61,863 nucleotides of DNA, filler included, from Stramenopiles sp. TOSAG23-2 (GCA_900128395.1; 24 parts of 24 records of this genome joined end to end with filler, not necessarily neighbours in it); one strand, 5' to 3'. Numbered from the whole stretch's first letter, positions 46,063 through 57,415 are shown. Made by a program: numbers and translations. Notes: a model not told the origin generated them from the sequence alone.

Positions 46063-46428
46063 ATGGCATCTATTACTACGACGAATCCAACGCCTGCAAA
46101 ACGACAACGGACGACATTACAACCTGCAACGATTGAAGCGTTAAAAGAAAAACATGCAGAACCTATTAACATTGGTATATTAGTTTTACCAGCTGGAATT
46201 GAATCAACATGTGGTATATTGACAAATATACTTGAATATTTAGATATTAAAACATTATGTAATGTGAAACGATCTTCTTTGATACAACAATTTAGGAAAG
46301 CATATGGATCAGATGATTTTGAACGTGTACGTGATGCAGCATTGCAAATGGTGTATGATAGAAGAAGTATCAATGAGATGATACTTTCACATCCAGCGAG
46401 AAGACTTTATTTATTAATTGAAAGATAT
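46063..46428 (+). CDS. N-terminal fragment of an F-box-like protein (3'-truncated)
   Basis: NLS-like PAKRQR, and LP..GILTNILEYLDIKTLCNV resembles the F-box core. Confidence 0.5.
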
Positions 46429-46528
46429 NNNNNNNNNNNNNNNNNNNNNNNNNNNNNNNNNNNNNNNNNNNNTTAATTAATTAANNNNNNNNNNNNNNNN
46501 NNNNNNNNNNNNNNNNNNNNNNNNNNNN

Positions 46529-47614
46529 TTGAGATAAAACCCATTCAACATCAGTATCAATTGGTGGTGCTAATTTTCTAACAATACGTTCATAATAATT
46601 TACATATCGAATTTGTGATGGTATGGTAACACCTTTCTCATTATGTGTTCTTCGTTTTGCAAATAGGCGTGTTGCTTCATCTGCAGTTTTTGCAGTGCCA
46701 CTGTGTACTAAATATGCACATACCATCAAGCCAGTTCGACCTTTTCCAGCTTTGCAGTGCACTGCTACGGTATTACGATCATCAATTCTTAAAAAATGAT
46801 CAATACTATCACAAAATGGTTTTATCATATTAAGTGGACATGGATTATGATCATCAAATGGCCAATGTGCCACCGCACCATTGAATGATTCTGGGTCGTA
46901 CTGTCGTTCTGAGCATAAATTGTATATTTTAAAATGATTTAGATGATAAAATTTAAAAAATCGTTGTACTTCCTCCATGGGATTTCGATACATGCCTTCC
47001 AATGCTGATGAAGGAAAACCCATTGCAATAATTTTACGTGTTATGTATGTTAAATCAAGATCAAAACCATCCCTAATAAATCTTATTTTTTTCAAAGATA
47101 CCATTTGTCTAAAATGTCTTACCAGATTATCAGCAGAATGCCCTTTTGTAGTATGTAATTGACTGTATATAATAGCCGTTACACGTTGATCTTTCAATGC
47201 ATATTTATACACTGAATTTTCTTGAAAATTCATTTTGTTTTCCTCATGCTTTTTTTCTTCGTTTACTATACCACCATTCGTGCCTTCTGGTTTTGTCTCT
47301 GGAATAGTTTCAATCTTAATATTATTTATCTCAACTTCTTCTAAATAACCTAAAGTTAATAATTTATTACCTAATATAATAGCATCTTCCCTTGAACTGG
47401 CTTCTAGTCCTTTTATCAAAGCATCGACTACAGCTGTTCCGGTAAATTTCTTTTGGCCTATGGTCATTAAAGTTTGACGAGTTTGCGACATACTAATTTT
47501 CCTACTTCTACCAGTAGTAGGGTTTGTTATTGTTTCTTCTACCATTCTTTTACAATAATTTGTAAAAAACGAAGCGCTCCCGCGTTCCGTATCTGACCTA
47601 CAAGACCAAAACAA
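46529..47614 (-). CDS. DEP-domain plus PTEN-type phosphatase (partial)
   Basis: DEP motif FTGTAVVDAL..SREDAIILGNKLL..GYL..F.ENSVY. PTEN motifs VS..K.RF..DGFDLDLTYI, IIAMGFP, IYNLC.ER.Y, PFDDHNP, HCKAGKGRTG and GVTIPSQIRYV. Confidence 0.92.
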
Positions 47615-47648
47615 AAGAAGTTTGGCATTTTGAAGTTGTTAGAATAAC

Positions 47649-48278
47649 TTATGGCATTAATCGTGGTATCGCTTTACTAAAGATACCAGCCAACAGTGTC
47701 AAAACCGCAAATTGATATTCTAGAAGAAACATGACGCTTCCAAAACCAATAATAGCAATGTATGTTGCACCTGCTGCAATGAAACTCCAAGTGTAGCACA
47801 AAATACTTTTAATGAAATCTGGTATCAAGTAGCGGTAACAAGTAGATATTGTGGAATACACAAACCAGCTAAATAGACCAGTATAGCTGTCTACAATAAT
47901 GACGAAAAGAACGAGGCAGAACCACATCAAATCTTCTTTTTGCAATCGCAGGTTTCGCAATTTTCTTTGCAATCGATTTGCTTGCTGACGTAGGTTTGTA
48001 TTGCTTTGTTCAAGAGTCTGGTTTTCCAAGCTTAGAATTGAATTTCTTCTGTGAACTACATCGTTCTCCCTCCTTCGACTTGAATTCCTTCTCTGAACTA
48101 CATCGCCTCCCCTCCTTCGACTTGAATTCCTTCTCTGTACTACACTACCTTGGTCTACCAATGCTAATGCAGCTTGATTAGAATCTTGTTGAATGCGGAA
48201 ACGTCCATTAGGGTTGTCATTGTCGCCAAGGAAGATATTGACAACGACCGGTTGTCTGAAAATGTATCTAGCCGGCAT
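47649..48278 (-). CDS. Hypothetical membrane protein with 14-aa Arg-rich repeats, a coiled coil and C-terminal TM helices
   Basis: 209-aa ORF. A 42-bp tandem repeat at 48038-48144 encodes VVQRRNSSRRRGGD-type units. Confidence 0.65.
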   Translation of the reverse strand: MPARYIFRQPVVVNIFLGDNDNPNGRFRIQQDSNQAALALVDQGSVVQRRNSSRRRGGDVVQRRNSSRRRENDVVHRRNSILSLENQTLEQSNTNLRQQANRLQRKLRNLRLQKEDLMWFCLVLFVIIVDSYTGLFSWFVYSTISTCYRYLIPDFIKSILCYTWSFIAAGATYIAIIGFGSVMFLLEYQFAVLTLLAGIFSKAIPRLMP

Positions 48279-49609
48279 TTTGGGTGTATCAATGGTGCTT
48301 TTGTGTTTAAATCAATATTTAGATGAATCGCATAAACAGTCTTGCAGTTTTATTTTTGTTTTGTTAATTTTTCTATACTATTTTATGGAAAAAGTTTTTG
48401 GGGTTTTATATATGCTATAACCACAGTGTATACTTGCTATAATATAATACAGTACAAAAAAAAAGAAAAGTGTGCAAGTGTGCCGGTGTGACAAATAGTG
48501 AAAAAGTCTGTAATGTCATTATATTAGTGCTATGTGCCTGCTAGCTGACTAGCTTTAAAATGTTGGTCATTTACCCTATGTATTAATAAAAAATACAGTA
48601 TTATAATACTATTCCATGCTATTACAAGGGATTTAGCATCAGGTCCAATATTTTGGTCCAGATTTTTCAGCCGAGCCTGCCCTACCAGCCTATACCACCA
48701 AAATAATCCGATTATACCTGGTATTAATACTGTAAAATGACGAAGTTAAAGTGTTGTTTTAGTTTGTTGCTGCTGGTGATTATTATAGAGAGGATCCTCT
48801 CTAATTATGTGGATCCCCACTTTTTTTACTATTTATTATATAATAATAATTTACTATTTATTCCCTGCCCTGATGTGTGTGTATAGGGGTATTAACGTTT
48901 CAAGATAACAAAGAAGAGACTAGGAAGAAAGAAATATTTAAGGAAAACAGTATTAAAATAAATATAGTATAAAAAGTATAAATTATTATATTAGAATCTG
49001 TAGNNNNNNNNNNNNNNNNNNNNNNNNNNNNNNNNNNNNNNNNNNNNTTAATTAATTAANNNNNNNNNNNNNNNNNNNNNNNNNNNNNNNNNNNNNNNNN
49101 NNNAGGAAGGGGAATTATAGAATACAAAACGACGTAGTAGACGGTTTGCAGCGTTTCACACATATCTGTTGTGTAAAAACTAATGGAAATACATCTATGA
49201 GAGGGAGGTAAAGTGGAGGAACAAGAACAATATTCAACAAAAAAACACAATAAAATTGTACATAACATAATAGTTTAAGCTCAATACATCGTATATATAT
49301 TATTAGAACAACTAATTGTAATATTTTGTATTGTGTAGAAAAAATTAATTGACGAAGAAGCATTTTAAGATTAATTAGGTATATAATTTTTTAGGTAATT
49401 TTAGGTACTATTTTTACTAAGTTACGTTGTATAATATTTATTATAGTGACTCTTTATTTATTTGTACAATAGTTGGAATTGATTTAATATATTAACGATT
49501 GCTGTGAAAAAAACAAGAAGATATACGAAGAAAAAAAACATACGACACATATATTTGTAAACAATAACATAATTTAAAAAAAAAAAACAAAACATAATTA
49601 ATTATCATC

Positions 49610-50170
49610 ATGTCAGCACAAACATCTATACGTCAGTTAGACGCAGATTTTGAAAAAATACAAAAAAAATTACAAGAAGGTTGGGCAAAACAAAAACATT
49701 TAGCAGAACAATTTACTGCAAAATTAAAAGGTGGTCCACAAGAAGGCCATATTGGCATGATCGAATCCCAACGATTACGTGTTAAAAACATCGATAGTGC
49801 GATTGTAGCATCTCGTCAACCTGGTTATTTTGAATTATATGAACATCCATCTGAAATAAAAAGTATCGAATCCAAAGGTGAATTAAAACAATTAACACAT
49901 CGTATACGGGATAATGAACGTGAATTGGAGCAATTAAGACAAGAGGAAGCACGTATTGTAAAACAAAAAAAAGAATTATTAGCAATGAATCCACCAACGA
50001 TTAATAGTTTACAGCAATGGTTTGGTACCTATGGCAAGCCAGAAAAACCAACGGTACCCGGGTTCATGACTAATTTTCAAAAAAATCCAAAAACATATGG
50101 TGGTACTAAACATCACAGCGCATTTAAAACATTATCTACTACAATGAAAAGTGGACGATTGATACGATAA
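49610..50170 (+). CDS. Hypothetical coiled-coil protein
   Basis: 186-aa ORF with host-like codon usage and an ATG in an A-rich context. Confidence 0.75.
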   Translation: MSAQTSIRQLDADFEKIQKKLQEGWAKQKHLAEQFTAKLKGGPQEGHIGMIESQRLRVKNIDSAIVASRQPGYFELYEHPSEIKSIESKGELKQLTHRIRDNERELEQLRQEEARIVKQKKELLAMNPPTINSLQQWFGTYGKPEKPTVPGFMTNFQKNPKTYGGTKHHSAFKTLSTTMKSGRLIR

Positions 50171-50771
50171 TGAAGAGGGAGAGAAGGCGATGTGCGTGTA
50201 TGTGTGTACTAGCAGCGCTTGTGTGCGTGTCTTGATAGAAGAAGGAATGGCAGGAGAGTGTGTGTGTATTAAAACGTAAATGTATGAATATGCAATATGA
50301 AAAATAAATTTTTGTAAAACAATAATCACATCACACAATGTATCCCTCCTCTCTTACGTGTTCCTCTCATCTCCATTGTTTGAAGTCCAATTAATAAATA
50401 TAAATATACATGAGAGTATATTGGAGTGTGATATAGATATATAATATAGAAAAAGACAAATATATATATATATATTACTACATCGTGTAGGCAGTCATAA
50501 ACAATAATAATCATTGTAGAAAATACGTTTACGTGAAAGACGCGCGATTATACGTAATACATATATAACGATATATATATATTTATTATAATAAATTAAT
50601 TTAATTATAATTATTATTTAATAATTTGGTAAATTTCCAATAAAAAAATAATAGAATTTATATTAAATTATAAGTTTTAATTATATTATATTTTTCGTTG
50701 ATAATATAATTTGAAAGAATATATATTGAAAAACAAAATATTCATCTGTAAGAATATATATAAAAAGAAAT

Positions 50772-51245
50772 ATGTCTAGTAAAACATCAGAAGGAGGTAA
50801 AACATCAGATGATAATGTATCGATTGTCAAAAAAGTGGAAGAATATTTTTACAATAGTGATGATTTTGCACAGATTTTTGAAGACTTTGCCATCAAAAAT
50901 GCACCTAAAGTAGATTTATCTACGGATGAATGCAAATTAGAATATACAGAAATGTATAATGAATTTCATAAATTGTATGAAGATGCATTATCTGAATACA
51001 TTGAATCGCAAGGTTTTAGTATTAAAGATTTTTATAAAGAAATTCGTAGTGCATTTAATGAAGATGAAAATTCCGACGTTGCTGTCTTTGCAAAGATTAT
51101 GATGGCTACGTGTGATTTCGATGTTTTTGTCATGTTAATGCGTGAACAAGCAAGGATAATACAAAATAAACCAATGCAAAATGTATCGTATGAAGATTTT
51201 CAAGATGAGGAAGAAGGGAGTGGTGGTGGTAATAATAAGAAATGA
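50772..51245 (+). CDS. BART (ARL2-binding)/CFAP36-like domain protein
   Basis: F..IFEDFA.KNA, E.KLEYT.MY.EF..LYE..L..YI...G....FY and DFDVFVMLMR. Confidence 0.82.
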   Translation: MSSKTSEGGKTSDDNVSIVKKVEEYFYNSDDFAQIFEDFAIKNAPKVDLSTDECKLEYTEMYNEFHKLYEDALSEYIESQGFSIKDFYKEIRSAFNEDENSDVAVFAKIMMATCDFDVFVMLMREQARIIQNKPMQNVSYEDFQDEEEGSGGGNNKK

Positions 51246-51504
51246 TATATATATGTGTGTGATTACCATTTTGTTTTAAAATCCAAAAATACTTTTTTAA
51301 TTGTCTGTAAAAATATATTTTTATAAAAACACTATATGGTCTGGAACACTGGTTTCTAGAACACCACACTCTTTCACTCTTTCTAATATGCATCAAAGGA
51401 AAATATACAGAAGAAAATATGAGGCGCGGGTGTCTTTGTTTAATACATGTGTGCGTATCATTAAAATGATATATATACAGTAATAATAATTTTAATAATC
51501 ATCT

Positions 51505-51576
51505 TCACTCACTAATCTCATCTCCACGTTTTCCACCTTTTGAACGTATAAGATCAATGATCTTTTGTTGAATTGG
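51505..51576 (-). CDS. Extreme C-terminus of an ankyrin-repeat family paralogue
   Basis: PIQQKIIDLIRSKGGKRGDEISE* is near-identical in DNA and protein to the end of the ankyrin gene at 56440-56721. Confidence 0.7.
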   Translation of the reverse strand, partial: PIQQKIIDLIRSKGGKRGDEISE

Positions 51577-51703
51577 ANNNNNNNNNNNNNNNNNNNNNNN
51601 NNNNNNNNNNNNNNNNNNNNNTTAATTAATTAANNNNNNNNNNNNNNNNNNNNNNNNNNNNNNNNNNNNNNNNNNNNATTTTCAAATATTTGGAAAATAT
51701 TAT

Positions 51704-53209
51704 TTGTTTCAATTATATACGTCAGAAATATTGGAGTCTATGAATCAAATAAATAATTTATTTACTTTTTATAGTTGTTCATTGCCGGTAGAAGTGACGT
51801 CGATTTTATGTATTGCTCTTAGCATCGATAGTTTTCATACAGTTAGTTTTATGGTACGAAAAAATAATCCCAATAGAAGAGACAAACAAATTATTATTGA
51901 CACGATTGTTGACTTTTTATGTATTGCTTTGCCATTGATGATTACGTGGTTTGGATACCGAATTCCAATATCAATAGGAGAAATGATGCAAGTTAGTATC
52001 TATCCAGCATTCACGATATTAATGAAATTGGATACTATATTAGAAGAAATCATTCGATCTCGTACCGCTTCAGCAACGTTAAAAGCACAAGACCAAGCCG
52101 CTACGATAGAAAGTAGAAGACGGAAAAGTCTGTTTCGAGGATTAAGCCATTATGAAATTGGCGAGCAGCAACAACTATTTGTTCCATATTATGTTCATCT
52201 TGGGGCTGGTATATGCAAATTTTCATTTGGCATTTTATTTTTAATCGTAGCAATAGTACAATTAGCGTTGGTGTCATCTGTTAATGAATCTACATGCGAA
52301 GTAACGTTATGGGAAAGTTGTATCGTTAAAACACCATTTTGTGGAACCATTTTTACACCAGCATGTAATTGTGTTGTTTTAAATGTACGAAAACATAATT
52401 GGACAGAATTTCCAAGTGAAATATATAAGATGAATGCATTAAAAGTTATGCGGATTAATCATGGGCCATTGAAAACGCTGCCTAGTAATATAGATGTGAA
52501 ATTTGCAAAATTAGCTACTTTAAATTTAAATCACAACAAATTAATTGAAGTACCAGATAGTTTAGGGAACATGAAGTGTAATCAATTGAAATTAGATAAC
52601 AATAACTTGAATACATTGCCAGACAATGTTTGGGGGAATGAACATATCTTTTGGTTGGAAGTAGATAATAACAATATTTCAACCATTCCAGAATCAATTA
52701 GCACTTCAAAATCCTTGACCGAATTTCTGATAAGTAACAATAGTCTATATGAATTACCAGACGCAGTATTTGCAGTAAAGATGGTAATGTTTTATGCTGG
52801 TGGAAATAATCTAAAAAACATACCTGAAGCAATTGGCGAGGCAACATCTCTTCGATATTTAAGATTGAACAACAACAATAATATTACGATTATACCAAAC
52901 GAAATAAAAAACTTAATAAACTTAGAAGATTTTGATATTAGAAACAATGATATTAAAATCCTGCCTGATGGCATCGAATCTATGAGCGCACTGAAAAATT
53001 TTTATCTTCATGGTAACCCAATTTGCTCAAATGGATGGATTCAAAAAGCTTCCAAAAAAACCCAAGATTTTGTCAATCAAAATGGCGCGGGCTGTGTTGC
53101 GCAATGTTCGATGTATTGCCAAGATATATTTAAAGACGACCAGTATTGCGACAGCGACTGTAATTCGGCAGTGTGTGATTACGATGGAGGAGATTGTAAA
53201 ACGGAATGA
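51704..53209 (+). CDS. Multi-TM, Cys-cap, LRR, LNR (Notch) domain protein (5'-truncated)
   Basis: Several hydrophobic helices, CIVKTPFC..PACNC, about 9 LRRs (L.L..N.L..LP), LHGNPIC, and a C-terminal C..YC..DQYCDSDCNSAVCDYDGGDC matching LNR. Confidence 0.88.
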   Translation: MFQLYTSEILESMNQINNLFTFYSCSLPVEVTSILCIALSIDSFHTVSFMVRKNNPNRRDKQIIIDTIVDFLCIALPLMITWFGYRIPISIGEMMQVSIYPAFTILMKLDTILEEIIRSRTASATLKAQDQAATIESRRRKSLFRGLSHYEIGEQQQLFVPYYVHLGAGICKFSFGILFLIVAIVQLALVSSVNESTCEVTLWESCIVKTPFCGTIFTPACNCVVLNVRKHNWTEFPSEIYKMNALKVMRINHGPLKTLPSNIDVKFAKLATLNLNHNKLIEVPDSLGNMKCNQLKLDNNNLNTLPDNVWGNEHIFWLEVDNNNISTIPESISTSKSLTEFLISNNSLYELPDAVFAVKMVMFYAGGNNLKNIPEAIGEATSLRYLRLNNNNNITIIPNEIKNLINLEDFDIRNNDIKILPDGIESMSALKNFYLHGNPICSNGWIQKASKKTQDFVNQNGAGCVAQCSMYCQDIFKDDQYCDSDCNSAVCDYDGGDCKTE

Positions 53210-53604
53210 AAAACTTTATCATACGTTGTACACTTTATTCTCTATTGGCTATGCATACGTAAAATATTATTTTCTTTGGGAGAGTAGGAAATTAATGCGA
53301 GAAGGCGCGAGTAAATTTTATTCATACGTATAAATAATAATCGCGCACTTCACCATCATTTTCCAGATAGTTACCAGCTTCTGTTTTCAGACAGATCTTT
53401 CACGATTTCAGTGCGAGATACGGTCGTAGAGATATTAATGACTCAGTTACTTTATTCTTTGGGGAGTAGGAATTACACACCGTGAGTAAAATAAAAAATA
53501 AATTAAAAATGTACGGCGTATATAGTCAAAATACTATATTTTATTATGTGTAGGAAAAAATTAAAAAAATATGTGCCCATAAATTAATATCTTTCCCTTT
53601 CATT

Positions 53605-53747
53605 TAACTTAGATTTTAACCATCATTTATAATTTAATCTTTATTTTAAGTTTTTAAATAAATATGATATCATATGATATTATACGGGAATTATTGAGAC
53701 ACATATTAAATTATTATATGATAATATAATGGTTAAAATCTAAGTTA
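53605..53747. mobile_element. Putative TA-flanked MITE (143 bp including TA ends)
   Basis: Perfect 19-bp inverted repeat TAACTTAGATTTTAACCAT/ATGGTTAAAATCTAAGTTA. The same end also occurs at 23542-23559, with a variant at 23084-23100. Confidence 0.6.
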
Positions 53748-53801
53748 TACGAACGCTTCGTAACACATATTAAATTTATAATAAGCAAACTCTTTTAACT
53801 T

Positions 53802-54149
53802 TTAACTGGCTCCGCTATGACGTCCTAACAACCTCCTCCTCCTCGCTTTCATCCCATCATTCACATTACCATATGCATGGCATTCACCATTAATCTCACA
53901 TATCTCATATGCAGCTGAACCACCATCTTTAAATACACCTAAATATATACCCATATTTTGATTTACAAAATATTGCGTATCTGTATTTGTACTACCAGTA
54001 CCAACTTGACTTATACAATCACATAAATCTGGTGATTGTGAACATGAAAATTGATATGAACCATCGGTATCAACATTAACACCACTTAAACTATTATGGA
54101 CTTTACATTTACCATCATTATCTTCATGTGAATTAACATTTAATATGAA
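53802..54149 (-). CDS. C-terminal fragment of a Cys-containing, probably extracellular protein
   Basis: A 116-codon open frame FILNVNSHED..CSQSPDLCDC..ARRRRLLGRHSGAS* runs from the contig end. It is not in the ORF track. Confidence 0.65.
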   Translation of the reverse strand, partial: FILNVNSHEDNDGKCKVHNSLSGVNVDTDGSYQFSCSQSPDLCDCISQVGTGSTNTDTQYFVNQNMGIYLGVFKDGGSAAYEICEINGECHAYGNVNDGMKARRRRLLGRHSGAS

Positions 54150-54972
54150 CNNNNNNNNNNNNNNNNNNNNNNNNNNNNNNNNNNNNNNNNNNNNTTAATT
54201 AATTAANNNNNNNNNNNNNNNNNNNNNNNNNNNNNNNNNNNNNNNNNNNNTATTCTTGTGTAATGTAATGATATGTACATATGCATCTATATATATATAT
54301 ATACCCACAATTTCTATTCTAGTCGTCTTATAATCTATCAGTCTCTCTCTATCTCACTCAGTGCGATCGAGAATTCTTTTTTTTTTGTGCTTTTTTATTA
54401 TTTTTTCGATTACGATCATCGTCGTCGTCAACAAAAGAAACTTGAAATTCCAGTTTTTGAGTGCTATTCCCATACTAATTGAACTTCGAGGTCGACGTCA
54501 ATTTGGCTATTTTTCAACATTTGTTTTACGAAAATAGTTTAAATATATAAATTAAACAATCCTATCATTCCTTATAGTATACAAAATAGAACCACATTTT
54601 GTTAATTAATGTAATATTTCGAAGTTAACGCAATCGGGAAAGTACCTTTTTGTGTGTGTTCGCCTTGTCTATATACCATGGACACACGACTATAGTCTAA
54701 TTATTTCAATATGTTTTCCACTCAACCAAATTAAAAAATAACATTGTAATAGTATTGAAATAGATACTTACCCAACAAACGCAACCAAATATATAAGATA
54801 GATAGAAATATAAAAAAGAAAGAAAGAAAACAAAAAAAAAGAAAACAAAACAAAAAGAAAATATTATAATTAGATAGAACAAACAAAAACAATATAAATA
54901 AAATTAATTTGATTAGTTAATTTATCTATAAAATAAAAGTACGTATATCTAGAGAACAAAAAAAATATTAAA

Positions 54973-56076
54973 ATGAGTGAACCAATAAATAATTACACGC
55001 CAATATGTAATTCAGGTCAAGACATTCGAAATATGCTACGTGATCACGTTGAAGATGAAATAATTTTATTTTCAGACAATGAACTAACATCCGCTTTCGA
55101 CCATATGGAAATGTTTGGAAACATTGACAATGATTGGGGTATATCTGATAATGAGCGTAACATCCCTTTTTTTAGTGATTCTGAGATCTTTGATGAACAT
55201 GAGAATAGAAATTCTATGATTAACATTAATGATGAAGATACGAAAAAAAATATGGTTATCGATAATAATTATTATAATGAAATGGATAATAATAATAATA
55301 ATAATCATATGATGCTCGACAATGATTATGATTTTGATAATAATAATATGAATATAGATTTTGATGTTGGTCTCATTGTCAGAAATAATTCTCGATATTC
55401 ATGTGTACACGCTTCTAGCGGATGTAATGAAACTTTTTCTAGCATCAGTAACAGAAACAATCACGTAAAAAGAAATTGCCCATTTGGTCTTCGAGAAAAG
55501 AAACATATATGCCCATACAGCGGATGCAGTAAGGCATACGGGAGATATCAAAGTTTAGAGGATCATATCCAAAATGTCCATCTTGGAAATCCACAACGGT
55601 ATAAATGCCCTTGCAAAGACTGTCTATGTCCAGGATATGGAAATATACAAGGCATAAAAAGGCATATGGTGAAGACACATCCAAACATGATTGCCAATGT
55701 TGAAAACTTTTCGAAGTATATTAAATCATTTAACAACATTAAAAAAGCAAAAACATTATCAACCAATGGAGCGAGTGTTTTGCAAATTCAATCATCGTCA
55801 CCGTCTCTGGTCGTTGGGGCTACTCCTTTGACTCCATCACCACAACGAGACTTGGGTGAACGACTTGACAAAGTAGAACTGACGAGAAAAAGAAAACGTG
55901 ACAAGGAAACGAATCGTAATCGTCGTTGGGCTCCATCACCAGCTTTAAAAAGAAGGAAACTGACTTTTGTAGGTAAAAAAAAGAAACCTGTAACTCTGAT
56001 TGAAAAAAATGGAAGAGAACGCAATGAAGAAATTAACAAACACTTGGGCAAAATAGAAAGGCGGTCTTCGTCGTAA
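54973..56076 (+). CDS. C2H2 zinc-finger transcription factor
   Basis: Three fingers: CVHASSGC..F..HVKRNC, CPYSGCSKAY..LEDHIQNVH and CPCKDC..IKRHMVKTH. Acidic N-terminus and basic C-terminus. Confidence 0.85.
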   Translation: MSEPINNYTPICNSGQDIRNMLRDHVEDEIILFSDNELTSAFDHMEMFGNIDNDWGISDNERNIPFFSDSEIFDEHENRNSMININDEDTKKNMVIDNNYYNEMDNNNNNNHMMLDNDYDFDNNNMNIDFDVGLIVRNNSRYSCVHASSGCNETFSSISNRNNHVKRNCPFGLREKKHICPYSGCSKAYGRYQSLEDHIQNVHLGNPQRYKCPCKDCLCPGYGNIQGIKRHMVKTHPNMIANVENFSKYIKSFNNIKKAKTLSTNGASVLQIQSSSPSLVVGATPLTPSPQRDLGERLDKVELTRKRKRDKETNRNRRWAPSPALKRRKLTFVGKKKKPVTLIEKNGRERNEEINKHLGKIERRSSS

Positions 56077-56439
56077 AATATTACAACCCCAGATTTGTGT
56101 CAGTAAAGCTTTTTTTAATATTTCTTAGGATTGGTCACACTACTTTTTTTGGAGCACACGGATATATTACCCGGTAAAAAATGGATTGATAGATTACTCT
56201 TGGGAGATATTTTTAATTATTAAAAATAAATTATCATATACGTATATTCGTACACATAAAATATGAAAATATATAAAATACGTAGTAATTAATTTATGAT
56301 GCAGAGATCTGGGAGATGTGTAATGTGTAGATGTAATTATCTTTATATTGTTTTTATTTTGTATATTTTTTTATATTTTGTACGCGTATTTTTTATTTTT
56401 TATTTATTTTGATATTATATGATATATGTTATGTTATTT

Positions 56440-56721
56440 TTATAATTCACTCTTCCGTTTTCCACCTTTTGAATGTATAAGATCAATGATCGTTTGTTTA
56501 ATTGGACTTTTATTATCATATGCCCCGTCCAGGGGAGTGCCCCCGAACCTGTTCTTCTTATTAATGCTATTAAGAGGCATATTAGTTAATAAGAACTCAA
56601 TCAACTCAGTATCCTTTTTGTTAGTCCATGCTGCTTCATGTAATGCATTATATCCATTACTATCTGTAATATTAGGATCAGCTTCACCTTGTTCAATTAA
56701 ATATTTAACTATTTGGAAATG
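56440..56721 (-). CDS. Ankyrin-repeat protein, C-terminal fragment
   Basis: HFQIVKYLIEQGEADPNITDSNGYNALHEAA..LIEFLL..INKKNRFGGTPLDGAY..IIDLIHSKGGK. It is not in the ORF track. Confidence 0.9.
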   Translation of the reverse strand, partial: HFQIVKYLIEQGEADPNITDSNGYNALHEAAWTNKKDTELIEFLLTNMPLNSINKKNRFGGTPLDGAYDNKSPIKQTIIDLIHSKGGKRKSEL

Positions 56722-57415
56722 TNNNNNNNNNNNNNNNNNNNNNNNNNNNNNNNNNNNNNNNNNNNNTTAATTAATTAANNNNNNNNNNNNNNNNNNNNNN
56801 NNNNNNNNNNNNNNNNNNNNNNTTTATTTGTATTACTTGATATATATGTGTCTACTGTAAATATAATATCATATGTACTCTGATGTAATAAAACATATAT
56901 CTCTTATTAATTTTCATTCTTTGTATCTGTCTGTGTGTGTAATATCCTCGTATAATACCGGGATTATATACTGTACATTCAATACATGAAGGTGCAAAAT
57001 ATTACGTTATATGATTGCAGCCGCCTTACAAATTATTAACACTGGACACAGCATGCCGGGCATGGCGGTACCGATACTTTTTCATGCGATATTTTGGCCT
57101 CCATGCTATTCCCATGCCCAGCATGCTAAGTATCGTACCAGGAAAAAATTGACTGGGCCAGCCAAGCCAGCCCAGCCAGCCTTATACCAGGTTGTGGTAG
57201 GGCTGGCAAGTATTATTACTACTAGAGACTAGAGCTAGATATATAATATCAATCATCAAATGAATTATTCTTCTAGATAATAATTAATAATTATATATTT
57301 TACATTAATAATACATCCAGACGACTGTCAATATATTTAATATATATAGAGAGGTATATCCATATAATAGTTCTATCAAAAAGTAATAGTCAAAGGCAAA
57401 AAAAAAACAAGCAAA

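Noticed and set aside
48038-48144. 42-bp repeats as a CRISPR array
   Set aside because: They are head-to-tail, in-frame coding repeats without spacers.
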